DNA from: Ptychomitrium polyphyllum
Taxonomy: Eukaryota
Assembly: GCA_973851085.1 (NCBI GenBank)
Contig: OZ316775.1
Coordinates: 20,150,001 to 20,214,000, forward strand
Reading direction: 5' to 3'
DNA: 64,000 bases
Of this stretch, positions 1-13,229 are shown one piece after another; positions within the stretch are counted from its first letter, which is position 1, and every line of letters starts with the position of its first letter. Made by a program: the position numbers and the translations under genes. The notes below the pieces were generated by a model that worked only from the letters and a program-made list of their open reading frames with translations, searched no databases and had not been told where the DNA came from.

Positions 1-2700
1 TGTTGCAATTTTCTATTTACACTACATTTGCAAATAATCAATTTCCGCAATAGTCCTATTTACATTGCAACTCCATTTTGAGCTCCAACACCCTCATTAA
101 ATCCTTTCCTAGCTTCTTTTTTTTGGCAAACGTATACACACTTTCTAATTAAATTATAAATTTTATAAATTTTATAATATGACAACGTTTTGAGAAATGT
201 ATTGGATGTGCATGTAGAGGTTTATTAAGAATGAATAGAAAGGTCTCTAATTGTATCATTACACAAGTGCCTACAATATTTTAAACCACACAATTTAATT
301 TAGAAAAACTACTTTATTCATAGAAAATAACACAATAGCCATTATAAATCAATGTACAAAAATCTTTTCCATATTATTTTGCTATTACAAATGTTGTATC
401 AACAAAAGAAAGTTTCATATTATTTTAATTATTATCTTGAGGTTTATTTATGCTTTGCATGTATAAAAGACAAAAGCACATTTTATATAGTGATTTGTAT
501 GTATAATATTTATAATATTAATCAAACACAATATAATAGAATATTTAAGAAGAAAAAAAATGCAATCATTTCAATTACTTGGTTTTGTCCATTGTAGAGG
601 TTGATCAAAGCAAATATTCAATTACTTGCATTACAAAATTATATGCAAATAAGACAACAACAATGGTACTTTAAAGATGTGGAAGTAAAAATAAATTAAA
701 TAAAAAAAGGTTATGCTATTTTGAATGCAATGAGGTGAATGTTGAAAGAAGATAACCAAAATAATACAAATTTGAAGTTTTAATGCAAGTTGACATTATA
801 AGGGATTGTAAGGTTTTTATAAGTTAAATAAAAGAATTGTGCAAGGATGTAAGAATAGAGTTTGTGGATAATTAGAAGGTTCTAGCTGCAAAGAACATCA
901 AAAAGCAAGGACAACATGTACTTTTCATCTTTTAGAGCATTATATATTATAAGCATTTTGCAACAAAAGAAATAGAACCACCAACTTTCATTATCCTGTA
1001 GAGGAATTTAAAAACTTATGTGAACCTAAATGTGTATCAAAATCAAATTACATATATTCAAGTTGCTAAATCCATCTTTGATATAAATATTATTGGAAAT
1101 GAAACATTGTCATTTGAAAAGTGCATATGATTAATTGATTATAAAGCAATAGATGTGGATGGGATTGTAAATGCAATGATAAACGCATTAAAAATTTTAC
1201 AACAAATCATGAAGTAAATGTTGTAAATAATTCACTAGAATGTAATAATTATGTTATTCTTTTATGAAAGTGGCCTTGCTATACGGGAAGCATTACAAAA
1301 TATTGATAGATATGTGGATGTTATTATGTAAATGAAATCTACACATTTATCATTAGTTTTCACATTTCCAAAAATCTATTATGCAGTACAATGTGCAAAA
1401 GGTGTTGAATGGCCCACAACATCATTTGAGTGTAAAAAGCATGGCAATAGCTTAATTTTAATTCATGGATTATATTTAGAATTATATTAAACATCTTGGA
1501 GCATTTAGAATTCCATGGCTGGATAATAATAGTTCTTTTTGAATCAACACATTTGGTGTCAAATGTGATTGACCAAGAAATCTACTACATTGTAGTTTTT
1601 AAAAGAAAGAAGAATTTTTGGTCAAAGTTACGAAGGTGGACGGATTTAAGAGAAATAAGTGTCCAAAGTTATAAAAGAAAAAATTGAGTCTTTATTAATA
1701 ATGCATTTGATGCTAATGATATGGATGTAATATAGAATGATGCAATTAACAATGAAGGTACAACTTCAAAAGACTTAAATAATCATCAAGAATTATTGGT
1801 ATAACACTTATGTAGTGAAAGTGATATGATAATGATTGAAAATAAACTTCCTAAGAATAATGTAGTAGTGCATAAGTATGCAATCAAAAGTATTAATTAA
1901 AAGTAATATGCCAATTTATTAGAGATGGTCTTATAAAACAAGAAGTGCATGATGGCTCAAAAAGTCCAATTCCTTTAATAAGTGATTTAATATATGAAGC
2001 AGATGGTAGCTAGTATGTGGATGGTTTGCATTAATATTGGATTCAAGAAGATTGATGTGGTTTTACAATTATCTTCAATAATAAACAAAGTAATAAATCT
2101 AAAAAAAAATAATTTCAAAAAATTGAGCTACCATGATTGTTACAACAAGCTATGACTATACAAGCAAAATATTGAAAAAATAGATTAACTATTTTATTAA
2201 AGGAAGAATTATTGAGGCATTATTTGCTTCTCATTTTGTACATTTTGTAGCAATGAAAAAAAATACATAGTTTTGAAGGTGTTTTAGAAACATCACTGTT
2301 GTAATTTGAAAGTTGGAAATTCATAATGGAGTCATTTTATATATATGTAGTTATATATAACAGAGGGGTATAAGTTATGATTAGGATACAAATTTTTATT
2401 TTTATTTTTATAAAATAAAAAATTATCATACATAAATAGAAATGGAAGCAAATAATACAACATTTTTTTTGAATAGCAATGATTATAGCATACTCTATAA
2501 AGATTATTGAGATATTTTGATTATATGTATGATTCCATGAACTACACATATATTTCTATATTTTTTATTACGGCGTAATTCTATACACCTATGTATATAT
2601 GTTAACAAAATAAATAATACAATAGAAGCAATTGTAATAAATGTTTATAAAACTATAGTCTGAACATTCTTACAATGATTAAAATTGTATTCAAATTAAT
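1..2700. other. AT-rich intergenic DNA, possibly decayed transposon
   Basis: Very AT-rich with only short noise ORFs and no recognisable termini or domains. Confidence 0.3.
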
Positions 2701-3485
2701 ACGAATTTAATGCCTCGGCCTAACCTCTTGCAACATCGTCCCATCCTTGAAAATACACGTCCGCATACATCCAGATACAAGTCGTACATAATTGTAGACT
2801 ACGATATATTTATACAGACATTCAGACCAATCACGGACAACAGATGACAGGAAAGATACTGTATGCGAAACATGACGCTCCCATGTGACCGCAGCATACA
2901 CACATAGGACTATATATCCAACATACTGATCTCTATCGTTAGCTAACATTTGGGTTTCTAGAATCTATAAGAATTTGTAATATATCGGTTATGGGTATGC
3001 ATCCCGTATATGGTAAAATGGTGATACACGTATCGTACTCAAGTCATACCGTGGACTGTTTCGCGTGAAGTGTCCAATACTACTTTGCCAGCCTGTCACA
3101 GTCGTGGACTCCGACGTGATATTCGAGAGATACTCATCCAATATTCAGGTCCTACCCTGGTGGTACAAACCCGGGTATATCATGCAGCAGATCAGTTCAC
3201 TGCGTTGCCAGCCAGTCACTGCTCATTGTGCTCGGTAGGTGGCATTTTAGGATAGCGACGTGATACCAGTGTGATGCTGATGCGATATACTTGTAATACC
3301 AAGGCGGGTATCTCGTGAAGTGGACAAGATCGTGAGCATGTCGACGCTCTGCTGTAGCTTAAACCCTACAACAGTTGCCGAAACTATGCTGTCGGTGCGA
3401 TGCGCATTCGAATTGTGCATCGTGTTATGGAGGTCGGGCAATAAGTTGTTGCTGTGGTGATGAAGGTGCGGTGATCGCAACCGCG

Positions 3486-6400
3486 ATGGAGAATTATGGT
3501 CGCAGTCGGAGGACCGGGGGCGCGGTCTACGAGCTCCTGACAGTCGACACCTCCGGAGACGATGAGAAGGTTGGGAAGGCGGAGGAGAGCACCCACTTGG
3601 CGATGGCGATGGTGGTGCAAGCGAAGGTGAAGGGCAAGCGACGCAAGCACAAGAGCCGGAAAAGCCAGAGCTTGGGAGGATTCGCAGGTTTGCTTGGAGA
3701 GGACGATGTGGGGAGTGGTGGAGGGGTTGTAGGTGATGCAGGGGATGGAGGAGAGGGACGTTCTTCTCTAGGGGTTGTCAGTTTGGGGAGAGCTTCGCAG
3801 CAGGGTGCCCTTGATCTGATCGAGCCTCGCCCGGATATCATTCTTGCGGATTTGCGGTTGAAGTCTGGAATCGATCTTGGAGAGGAGCTTCCTGGTTTGG
3901 GTTTCGGTGATGAGTCCAAGGAAGGGGATGCTACTGAGGGGTTTCCGTTTCGAAGCTTTGCAGACGGTGAGGCTTCATCTGCCGATTCTCAGCAGGTAAG
4001 TGAGAAGTCACCTTCCAAAACCGAGTCTTTGCGGAATTTGGCAACTGGGTTGGCGAGCCCGGGGTTGGTTTCCACTGATTTGGTGCTGTTGAGGAGCGAT
4101 TCTATGAAAGCGATGAGCAGCCTTGTGGTGAAAGAAGTGAGACTCAACTTAGGGGGTGAAATTCGTCAATTGGTCCCGTCCCTTGAGACAAGCGTGATTG
4201 AAACTGGTTCAATTGATGGACGTGCACCGGAGCTTCGTTTGATGTCGCCGAAGGATCGATTTTCAGGGTGGACATCTCCTGTTGCGACTGGTATTGGTAG
4301 TATATCCGGTTATAGTCCTCGAGGGGGATGCCAGAGAGAACCTTTGTTTCCAGTTTCCACTGAGCTCAGGCAGCGGACTGTAGAGAAATTGCCGGAACCT
4401 CCCGTGCAAGAAAATGGAGTAGATGGGGGCGCAAAACCTACTATAACGAGAGTAGTATCCTTCAAGAAGCAGAAACCAGATGCGGATCCCAGCTACCTAG
4501 GGCATGTTGACGTGATCGAGCAGTCATCGGGGTACCGAGCCCCACATTTGCCTCGGCCTCCGTTATCAACGTATGAGACTCCACATTTGACAGAATGGGA
4601 GAGGTTGATGGCTGCTAATTCAGAATGTAAGTACTTTATATTATCTTGCAAGTCATTTGTAGGGTTTAGTTTACTACCATTCTACTCAGTTGTAGTGGTT
4701 ACGTCTTGTTAGCCATCGAGTAATGTAGAGAACATGTTTGAGAAGGAGTTTGGTCAAGATAAGTATGGTAGGATAACATCATACCTTTGAGTTGAAGTGT
4801 AGGATATACTTTCTGCGTCTGAGTTGTGCTGAGTTATCCGAAAGTTGTGCTTGTGTTAATCAAAATCTATTACAGCTTGCGATGTTTCTGTATCTTGTTT
4901 AAAAGTCTATTGTGGTGGTGTTTTGGTCATCATATCGCTGTACATCTTTTTGACTACTTCTCTGGACAGCCTTAGTGATCACAAGTTGATTTCAGTTGCA
5001 ATGCTTAGTTTTAAGTTAGGGAGAGTAATCACTAAGCTAGGATTTCAAATTGATACGTGCATTTGGAAGTGCAGTCTGCGTTTTGTTGAAAATCTGGAGT
5101 TTCTATGTGTGCACTTTGGTGAATGACGAGGAATGTGAACAGATCCAACAGTCGTTGACATATCACCAATAAATTATTTGCGGGGAGAAGTCCAGAGGGG
5201 TAGCGTGTCTGAGCGCCATTCATCAGCTGGTATACAACAGAGACGGGAGCGCATATATAACACCATGTTTCATGTGCCGTGGAGATGTGAGCTGGTGAGC
5301 ACCAAAGAATTTTAATGTGCATCTGTATTGGTGAATTATCAACTAAATTCTCCTTATGTTTCTGGATTTAGCTCATTCACACTTTTAAATCTATTGTGGT
5401 GGTGTGATTTAACTCATTCTGTGAGTTACAGTGTATTACAGCCTGCATTCTATCTCTCAGACCAATCTGCTGCAAATCATAGTTTGACAATCAGTTCTAC
5501 AATGATCATCTTGATTTGTCTTACATGTCATGGACTGAGGCAATTTTATTCTTGTTTTAAAATCAAATCATGCGAGACTAGTATTGATGATTTCATTGCG
5601 TTGTTGGGAAATGGCTGCAGCTCATCGATGTTGGATTTTTTGTGTGTTTAGACTCCTTCCTCTCACTTTTCACAGTTATGCCAGTCCGGATCATTATGTT
5701 CCTCTGGCAGCGGATCTTGCATTGGAGGTGAGTTTTTCCATGCTGATTTGTTGGTTAATGCGCTGTCCAGGACTTCAGGTATTTGTCTGTATTTTCTTTG
5801 AGATCTGCAAATAATGTTCTATCAATAGGTTTGTAGATGGATTGTGTTATCTTGTGGCTGTATATTAGAGGCCATATTTGATAGGGGATTTATTAAGACC
5901 TAACGGCAGCTCTGGAGATGTTTCAAAGGACATGCTTTCACGGAATAGTCTTGTTTGCAATTTTGGAGCTTTTTGAAATATTTGTTTGCGTTCTGTGCTT
6001 TTAAATCGATCTCAGAGGTCTGCTTTTCTAATGCAGTTATGTAGTTCAACCAATGATGTGCCCTGAGGTTGAAATTTGAATTGGGCACTTCTATTGTTGT
6101 TCGACCTTAAGATAAATTATTTATATGGAGATTTGAGCATCTATTCAAAGTCTAGGCCTATCTTAGATTTGTTTATGTTGTTAAACTGAGAGTTTTGAGA
6201 CAGGCAATTTCGGAGACCATATGCTACTGAATTGTCCGACTTTGCTTCTTTGATTATCCTCGTACTGGGTGTGGCAGTTCTTCAGCAGGCTGGTACTTCT
6301 TTTCTGCTTTGCTTGGTTCATATTTGTTTTTCGCCAGAGAAATTGAGAGACCATTTGATACTGATTAGGCCATTATTTATGCGTTTACTGCTTATTTAGA

Positions 6401-8951
6401 AGGTTCTAGGAGGTGTATAGCGTTTGCATTCCTCCAATTGACTCTTATTAAAGAAATACACATGTGTATAGATTTTTCTTACCATGAAGTCGCTATTGCA
6501 GATATTAGTTTCATATATCACTACATTCGAGGCCAAGCCACAATCAAGCTATATGTTGTCTTCAATGTCCTTGAGGTTTGTATCCCACCCGTGTTGTCTG
6601 TATTAATTATTTAGTGCCAGTGAAGTCTGGTTTATGCGATGTCTTTAATCATTTGTATGCTCTACTCATTTCACAGCTATACTATTGGATGTGATACAGA
6701 TCTTTGATAAGCTATGTCAATCTTTTGGAGGTGACGTGCTCCAGATTCTTCTCAATTCTGCTGTGGCTATTGGGGAATGCCCTCCAGAGAGGCTGATCAA
6801 GCAGTGGGCTCAATTTTGTTTGGACCAGAGCATCGCTATTGTGTCTTTTCATATCCTTCCAAGTAGTACTTAAGCCAATGGATTGATGAATACAGAGGAT
6901 GAAGCATGAAAATAGTCGAGGGTCATTTAGAGTGCTCTGCTCATGTTTTCTGCTTTTAGTGGTTACATGTTTTGTCAAAGGAGGCTCGGTCTGATCTTTG
7001 GCGCCTCCTAACAGAGCAAGATTGATGTCCTCATATGCAAGCAGTTACTGAATTTCCTGAGGGTATGATTACTGTCTTGAATTATCTCCTTGACTGCAGT
7101 ATGCACTGGTGCACTCTCTTGTGATCATGTCTCAAGCTATCACAGTGTCAGCGGCTATCAACTCCCAGAATAATGCGCTGCTCACACTCCTCATTTCAAA
7201 CAATTTTGCCGAAATCAAGAGTAATGTTTTTAAACGGATTGGCAAAGAGAACCTTCACAAAATGGCTTATCATGGTACTATGTCATCTCTACTTTGTGCA
7301 ACGAATTCAATCATGTTGGGCAGGGAATCTGTAGAAATCGAAAGTCATTATATATTCTCCTGTTTCATGATTTCACGAGTCTATCTGAGATGAGATATTG
7401 TTGTTAATTTGATGTATATGGCTGCACAACATGGCGGTGATTGTATATGCAGATACAGTGGAGAGATTCCACATCATGGCACATTTGTTATTTGTTTTGG
7501 CTCAGAACATTCAGAATAGCGAGGACTTCTGGCTTTGGAATTTCGCTTATGTACGTATTTCTTTTGCCCTCTGGCAGATTTAAATGCAGTGCATGGCTTA
7601 GGAGCATGTGGTAAGGCACGACTGAAATTTTTATTCGGAATATCTGCCTTCTGACATAGCGATATCTGTTCTAATTGTATGTCACGTTTGTGTTCCTTCT
7701 TCTGTCTAAATCACCTATTTAACAACGTGGGTAATTCAATGGGTGCAGAATGCAGGGATGGTTTTTTTATGTGAAGTCCTTGTTGATGTGATTAAGCATT
7801 CGTTCCTGGCGAAGTTCAACGAGATAAAGCCTGGTGCATATTCAGAATTTCTCCAAGCCCTTTGCAAGCAGGTACTAAAGCGTAGCTTAGTTTGTATTTT
7901 TTTGCAAGCAGTGTAGAGTGTGCAACACGGGGCTTTGTCTGTCTGTCTGCATTTTGTATTCTCACTTGTTTCTTTGTTGAGGTGGTTTGCGGTTTTTGAA
8001 GAGTAAAATAGGTCGTACTTTATCAGATACAAGCAGAGGAGATTGCAAAATGAGCATTGTAGTGACGTATGGCAAGGTTCTTATGTTGATGTGCTTTAAC
8101 ATAGTAGTGCATCTATGGAGTTCTCCTAAAGTGGTTATATTTATAGTAGCTCATCGGACAGTGATTTGACTGCTTGTGAGGACTCTTATGAAATGTATTT
8201 AATGCCAAGTGGCAGGTCACTGCATGATGATACCCCACTTCTAAAAGGAGAACCATACTCACCAGGACGTTAGAAGGGTCAAGTTATTTGGTTTGCTAAC
8301 ACATTATATTTCCTATCTCTAAATATTAGTTTATGTCTGCTGCAGACGCTGAATAGTCAGTCACACGAAGTGCACAAAACACTTCACTTTGTACCGCTTG
8401 CCCCTGCTTGTGTGGTGAGCAAGGATCAACCTCTGTCTCTATTGTAGATGTAATTTCGAATTAGACACTCTTAGGAATGCTACTGTGTAGTTCAACTGCT
8501 CTTCAGTACTGCTGGATCTACTTATTAGAAGGTTTGTTTACTTTTAGCAAGATGGTGTTTTAAATTTATTTAGCTCAAATCCTGCTTGTTTGTGATATTG
8601 TGATGTGATTTTGATTGTCTAGTTTATATCTTTGAAATCGTTAGAGGGCTATTGCTACTAACTCGTGTAAGACTTCCGTTTCATTTCCCCCTTGTGCTTC
8701 ATCGTGAGCAATCCAGGCTTATCCTACGGGTTTTTGTGCAGGTACTGAGGGTGTTAATTCCATTATATGCAACGTTTCTACCTCAAGGACCTCTTCTGCA
8801 TAGAATTTCCGGCATTGTTGTTCTTGGTGGAGGCACCTACATCATCCTTCTGGCCTTGAAGATCCTGGTCGGTCTAGGCTTGCAGATGCATGCTGCGTGG
8901 TATCTGAAACGGTGCAAACACAAAGAAGGCCATCATCCGCATGCTGATTAA
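3486..8951 (+). CDS. POD1: POLLEN DEFECTIVE IN GUIDANCE 1 / TAPT1 / Emp65 (DUF747) ER membrane protein, multi-exon
   Basis: Spliced exons at approx. 3486-4626, 5143-5294, 5621-5727, 6204-6292, ~6502-6575, ~6700-6850, 7107-7275, ~7453-7550, ~7749-7871, ~8346-8414 and ~8742-8951. They give RERIYNTMFHVPWRCEL, LIDVGFFVCLDSFLSL, YIRGQATIKLYVVFNVLEIFDKLCQSFG, NNALLTLLISNNFAEIKSNVFKR, IKHSFLAKFN and C-terminal WYLKRC..HAD*, matching the DUF747/POD1 family. Confidence 0.93.
6851..7106 (+). other. U12-type (minor spliceosome) AT-AC intron in POD1
   Basis: 5' end ATATCCTT at 6851, branch site TCCTTGAC at 7087-7094, terminal AC at 7105-7106. Removal joins ...VSF-L-VHSLVIMSQAIT in frame. Confidence 0.9.
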
Positions 8952-10627
8952 TGTCATGCATACTTGAGGCCAGATTCTAGCTTCTATTGCTTTGTCCTGT
9001 AAGATTTTATTCAGACAGGACTAAGGCTACCTGAATCTGCCCGTCATAAAGTTTGGTGGGCACTTCTCATTTTATGCAGTCGCAAAGATGTCCAGAGATA
9101 CCCAAATATGGTGTCTATAGTCTGGTAGAAGGATTTATTATTTTAGCGGTAGACCGTGGCCCCTCTGGTGGTTGAGAAAGCATCACAAGGTCTGGGTTCT
9201 AAATCAGTGTACTCTATTCATATCAATTCATACAGAACGTCGACATCAGTGGCATATACATGGTGATCATGCACTCAAATTTCTTATTTCACTTCACTTG
9301 AAGGCATTATAGTAGAAGGGTACTACTAGGTTAGAAATTTATAAAGTCTTCACAATGCCAAATTCTTTAGATTTGTTAATATAGAAATATGAAATATACA
9401 ATTTCAATCAATGAGGAAAATTGGTATTCAAATTTTCTATCATATATTGCACAAGATATTCAAAAACCATAAAAAACTTGTACTTTCTCTACATTTAAAA
9501 GAATGCCTGTAAGCTCTATCACCTTCAGTCGTACCATCTAGATCTGATAGAAACTCTATATTTTCATTAGATTCTCAATTTTTTTTAATAAAATCTAGTT
9601 TGATACTAAGATTATGTAGCCCACCATGATTGTGCTCCATTGCATTCTTAAGCTTGCCCTATCTCATGCATCAAGCTTGACGGTATAAAGAATTAACTTT
9701 GATATAAAAATAATATTGAATAAAACAGAATTTCATTAATAAAATAATGATATCTTGGCCACTTGATACGTTTCTGTGCCACAATAGCATCAAAGCTCAG
9801 ACTACTCAAAATGATCATTACATTCTTCAACCATAACAACCTTCACCAGTTCTACAATAAAACATCTAAAATAAAGCATCTCGTCAAATCCTCCATACTA
9901 GCAAAGCTTATTAGCAAAGTTTACTAGTTGAAGAAGTGGAACACTATCCTAACACTGTTGATCATGGTGAAGGTCATCCAGCTAATGAACGTTACATATC
10001 ATTTAGATGGCAGAGTGAGTCACTTGCAGTTCCCGGTCTAATTTCCCCGCATTGGGAGCGACGGTGGGAACATAAAAGCCGATGGAGAACGTCGTTGAAA
10101 GACAAGCTTCGCCTCTGGCAGACTATTTGGAGTTTACGCCGAAAAGCGTCACAGCACCCGAAATCGACATATTCTACATCGCTCATATATCTTATTTTAC
10201 CATATGAGCATTCGTATATATTTTTAGTTCAGATATGAAGATTGTACATGTTTCCATGCATATTTAGGAATGTTTTCAGATTTTATGCATTTGTGCCGGT
10301 TTTGGAGACTGTGACGGTTTTATATAAGCATCCCTAACAGCGATCTCATGAGCTTGGGCTTGATTGCAGATGCCATGTTGTCGAATGCGCGCACAATCGA
10401 GGCGTTGCGTTTTCCAGGTAACGCGATTCGTCGTGCTCTCCATCATGGATTCCTTTAGAAACGAACTAAACTTTAGTGTTGTTGGAGTTGTATTCCAGTG
10501 TTGCACGCTCTGCTTCTCATATGTGTGTGTTCTCGGTTTCTGGTTTGTAGACTTTGTCGCCGCGACGCGGTTGAAATAGTTAAGGTATCTGCTTGGTTGC
10601 ATCATCTGCTTCTCTTCGTTTTGACTG

Positions 10628-11018
10628 TAGGGTTTTAGATCATTTGCGCTGTTTCTACCTCTGTTGCTGTCCTAGTTCCTGAGTTCTCCTCTTCTTAGTT
10701 GCCGATGAGAATTCTTGGCGAAGTCTTTCGTTTCGAAGATCTTCGTTCTGTGAGTTTCTTGTCTTCGGGATTGCTTTTTTTGGTTTAAGCTCTCTTTTGT
10801 AGCCTTTTCTACAAATGGGGATGATTTGATCAGGCATCGGGAGTTTCTGTTTGGGATTTCTACAATATAGCTGAATTAGGGTTTCGTTTCGTGTAGGCCG
10901 ATACCGTTGCAATGAGCAGTAGCTGAATCATGCTGTGGTTATTGTGTTTCTTAGTAAGGGGATCTGCATTCTGCAGTCGAAGAATCGAAGAGCTTAAAAC
11001 TTGGAGTTCTAGGGTTTA
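10628..11018 (+). promoter_or_regulatory. Telo-box (AAACCCTA) cluster upstream of the ribosomal protein gene
   Basis: TAGGGTTT at ~10628, TTAGGGTTT at ~10876, CTAGGGTTTA at ~11009. A TATA-like TATATAAG lies at ~10321. Confidence 0.5.
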
Positions 11019-11400
11019 TGCCCTCTTGTTGGTGACTTTTACATACGCAGATTGCAAATTGCTGTGATACCAGGCTCTGAGGTCGCACTTGTTTTCTCCT
11101 GTTGCGTTCTCCGTGCATAGCTACGTTTTCTCATACGTAGTTTCTGAAGCAATAAAGAAACTGTGTTTCGGGTGTACCAATCTCGTTACTTTGTGGGGCT
11201 CAAGATTTGACGCTCAAGATTCTGGCTGTGCAATCTTCATTGGTTGGAAGTCTTTGTAACGAGGTGCCGCAACACGAGCAATTAATGATGCATGTTTGTG
11301 TATGTGCGATTTGAGCAGGCCTTGTTGGATTTGCTGAAGTCTGATCTGGATTAGGTTTTTGGAGCGTCAATTTTGGAAGGGTTGCGTGTGGGCTCGTGCA

Positions 11401-12803
11401 ATGTCTGGCAGGAAGCTGCTGCCGCGTTTGCTACAGCGTGCTTCTCGACTGGTAATCGTAAACAGCACGTTGCATATTGCACATCGTCCCGCTCCCTGCA
11501 GTTTGGCGACAAGGGCGTCTTTTCTTTATCGGGATGGGATGCCTGTCTCTGCCACTTTGTCGGGAAGCAGAAGTTTGTGGACGCATAGATTAACTTCAAG
11601 TACGGCGAGCATGTTAGCTCCTGGGTTTAAAGATGGAGCGAATTTGGTGACGAGGGAGATTGGGTTCACCACAGCTGGCGTTACTTACGTATGCTTCAAA
11701 CCTTGAACTCCAACATCACCCTTGTTTGGTTGTTGTATGTGGGTTCCTGATGAGCGTCGTGGAACGCAGCAGCATTATGAGGGAGGATGGTACTTTACTA
11801 TTTCCATGATTTGAAATCTAGCGTTGGGAGTTTGACTTGAGCAGGTTAGTGTTGCATGTGGTGGTGAATGCTAAACTGGGAGAAGGAACAAGTGGCAAGT
11901 TTGTACGTCCCTCTTGTTCACCGATATTTTGATAGCATGGAGAGGGGTACCCTGTAACTGAACGTTGAGGAAGATGATGACAACGCAGGTGCAGGTGCAA
12001 CAGAGGCGGTTGTTGAGTAAACTGAAGAAGACAAAGATCAAAGCTTACTCGTAAGTTCTTTACTCGTGTGTCATTGTTTCACGATTTATGTTTGTGTGTC
12101 CCATCATCGTACCTGAGCATGTGCGAGCATGTAAATACGTTGTGTGTACAATGAAAGGTGAGAGGCTAGTGTAGAACAATGAGAAGATGGCGAGTTTATG
12201 TAAGATCGCATTTGACTCGGGCCAATTCGAGCATGCTGTAAGAGCTTGTGGTTCCGTTTGGGTAACCTGATACGATATGGTGCGCTACATTTGGTTGTGG
12301 ATTGATGAGTGCCTGAAAGTAATAAAAATGTACGTTTGGTGTGGTGATTGGTGTAGGTCGTATAAGAAAAGGTTTAGAGGAATGGCGAACGGAGAGTACA
12401 AGCGATGGAGGTCTGGGACACGGCACAACGCTCATTCGAAGGCACGCTCTTACCAGTGGACCTAGCATTTTGTTTATTGTGCATGTCGTGTGGAGATTAT
12501 GGTTGGAAGAGATGTTGATTTTATGTGGTGTCCTTTTAGTGGCCTATTGATCTCTTGACAGACGTATTCAATTCTGTGGAATACGTTCATATATAACATT
12601 GGAGTTTTAGTGTCGGGTAGAGAGCTCAGCTGTATGCGTAACCTCATGTTCATATAGGCCTTGACCTGCAATGTAATAGTTTGCTGATGGCTTGGATGAG
12701 TTGTGCATTGCAGACCAACAAACAAAGACGACAGCTGCGACGTCCGTCAATTGCCCCTCTTGCTCTGGCTAAAGTGATGAAGAAGCTGAACTTTATGGGC
12801 TGA
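11401..12803 (+). CDS. RPL35: Nuclear-encoded mitochondrial ribosomal protein L35 (bL35m) with N-terminal presequence, 4 coding exons
   Basis: Exons 11401-11688, 11989(or 11995)-12050, 12357-12441 and 12714-12803 splice in frame. Product ends ...KLKKTKIKAYSSYKKRFRGMANGEYKRWRSGTRHNAHSKTNKQRRQLRRPSIAPLALAKVMKKLNFMG*, the plant mitochondrial L35 signature. The N-terminus is Arg/Ser/Leu-rich (MSGRKLLPRLLQRASR). Confidence 0.88.
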
Positions 12804-13229
12804 ACGAGAGAGCTGTTCTGTCCTCTTTACTTATCAGTAGTGGTCTCCCTTGAAAGTGATCAGAGAAATCAAGTCTCGGAGTACTGAATTGGTGACCTCA
12901 ATTTTAACCTTTTGAAAACGATTCCGAATTATACGCCAAATTGCACCAGGAAATGCAACTCGGAAACAGTGAAAAACCTGCATCCTGCCTCCTTAGTATT
13001 CTGAAGTGTTTAATTACTAGTCAATTTGGATTGAAGTTTTTCTCATGGAGTGATTGATTGCAAGCTTGAAACCAGTTCATCCATATTCTAGAGCATGTGG
13101 CTTCGTTGGTAGCTGCCGTCTTACTGGCGATATTGAGCAACTATTTACTCCTTAATTCTACACACCATATATATATATTCTTCATGTAACAAAAAACGTT
13201 CCGTGAATACTGATTAGTCTTCTCAACAT

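Noticed and set aside
3375..3485. Cys-rich N-terminal extension of the 445-aa ORF (MPKLCCRC...)
   Set aside because: Starts at TTG; the first in-frame ATG in good context is 3486, so this is probably 5' UTR.
11936..11988. Alternative RPL35 acceptor GATAG|CATGG at 11936
   Set aside because: Gives in-frame stop codons; the downstream CAG at 11988 preserves the frame.
11981..12002. CAGGTGCAGGTGCAAC as a miRNA-related site
   Set aside because: Explained by splice acceptor plus VQVQ codons; no hairpin visible.
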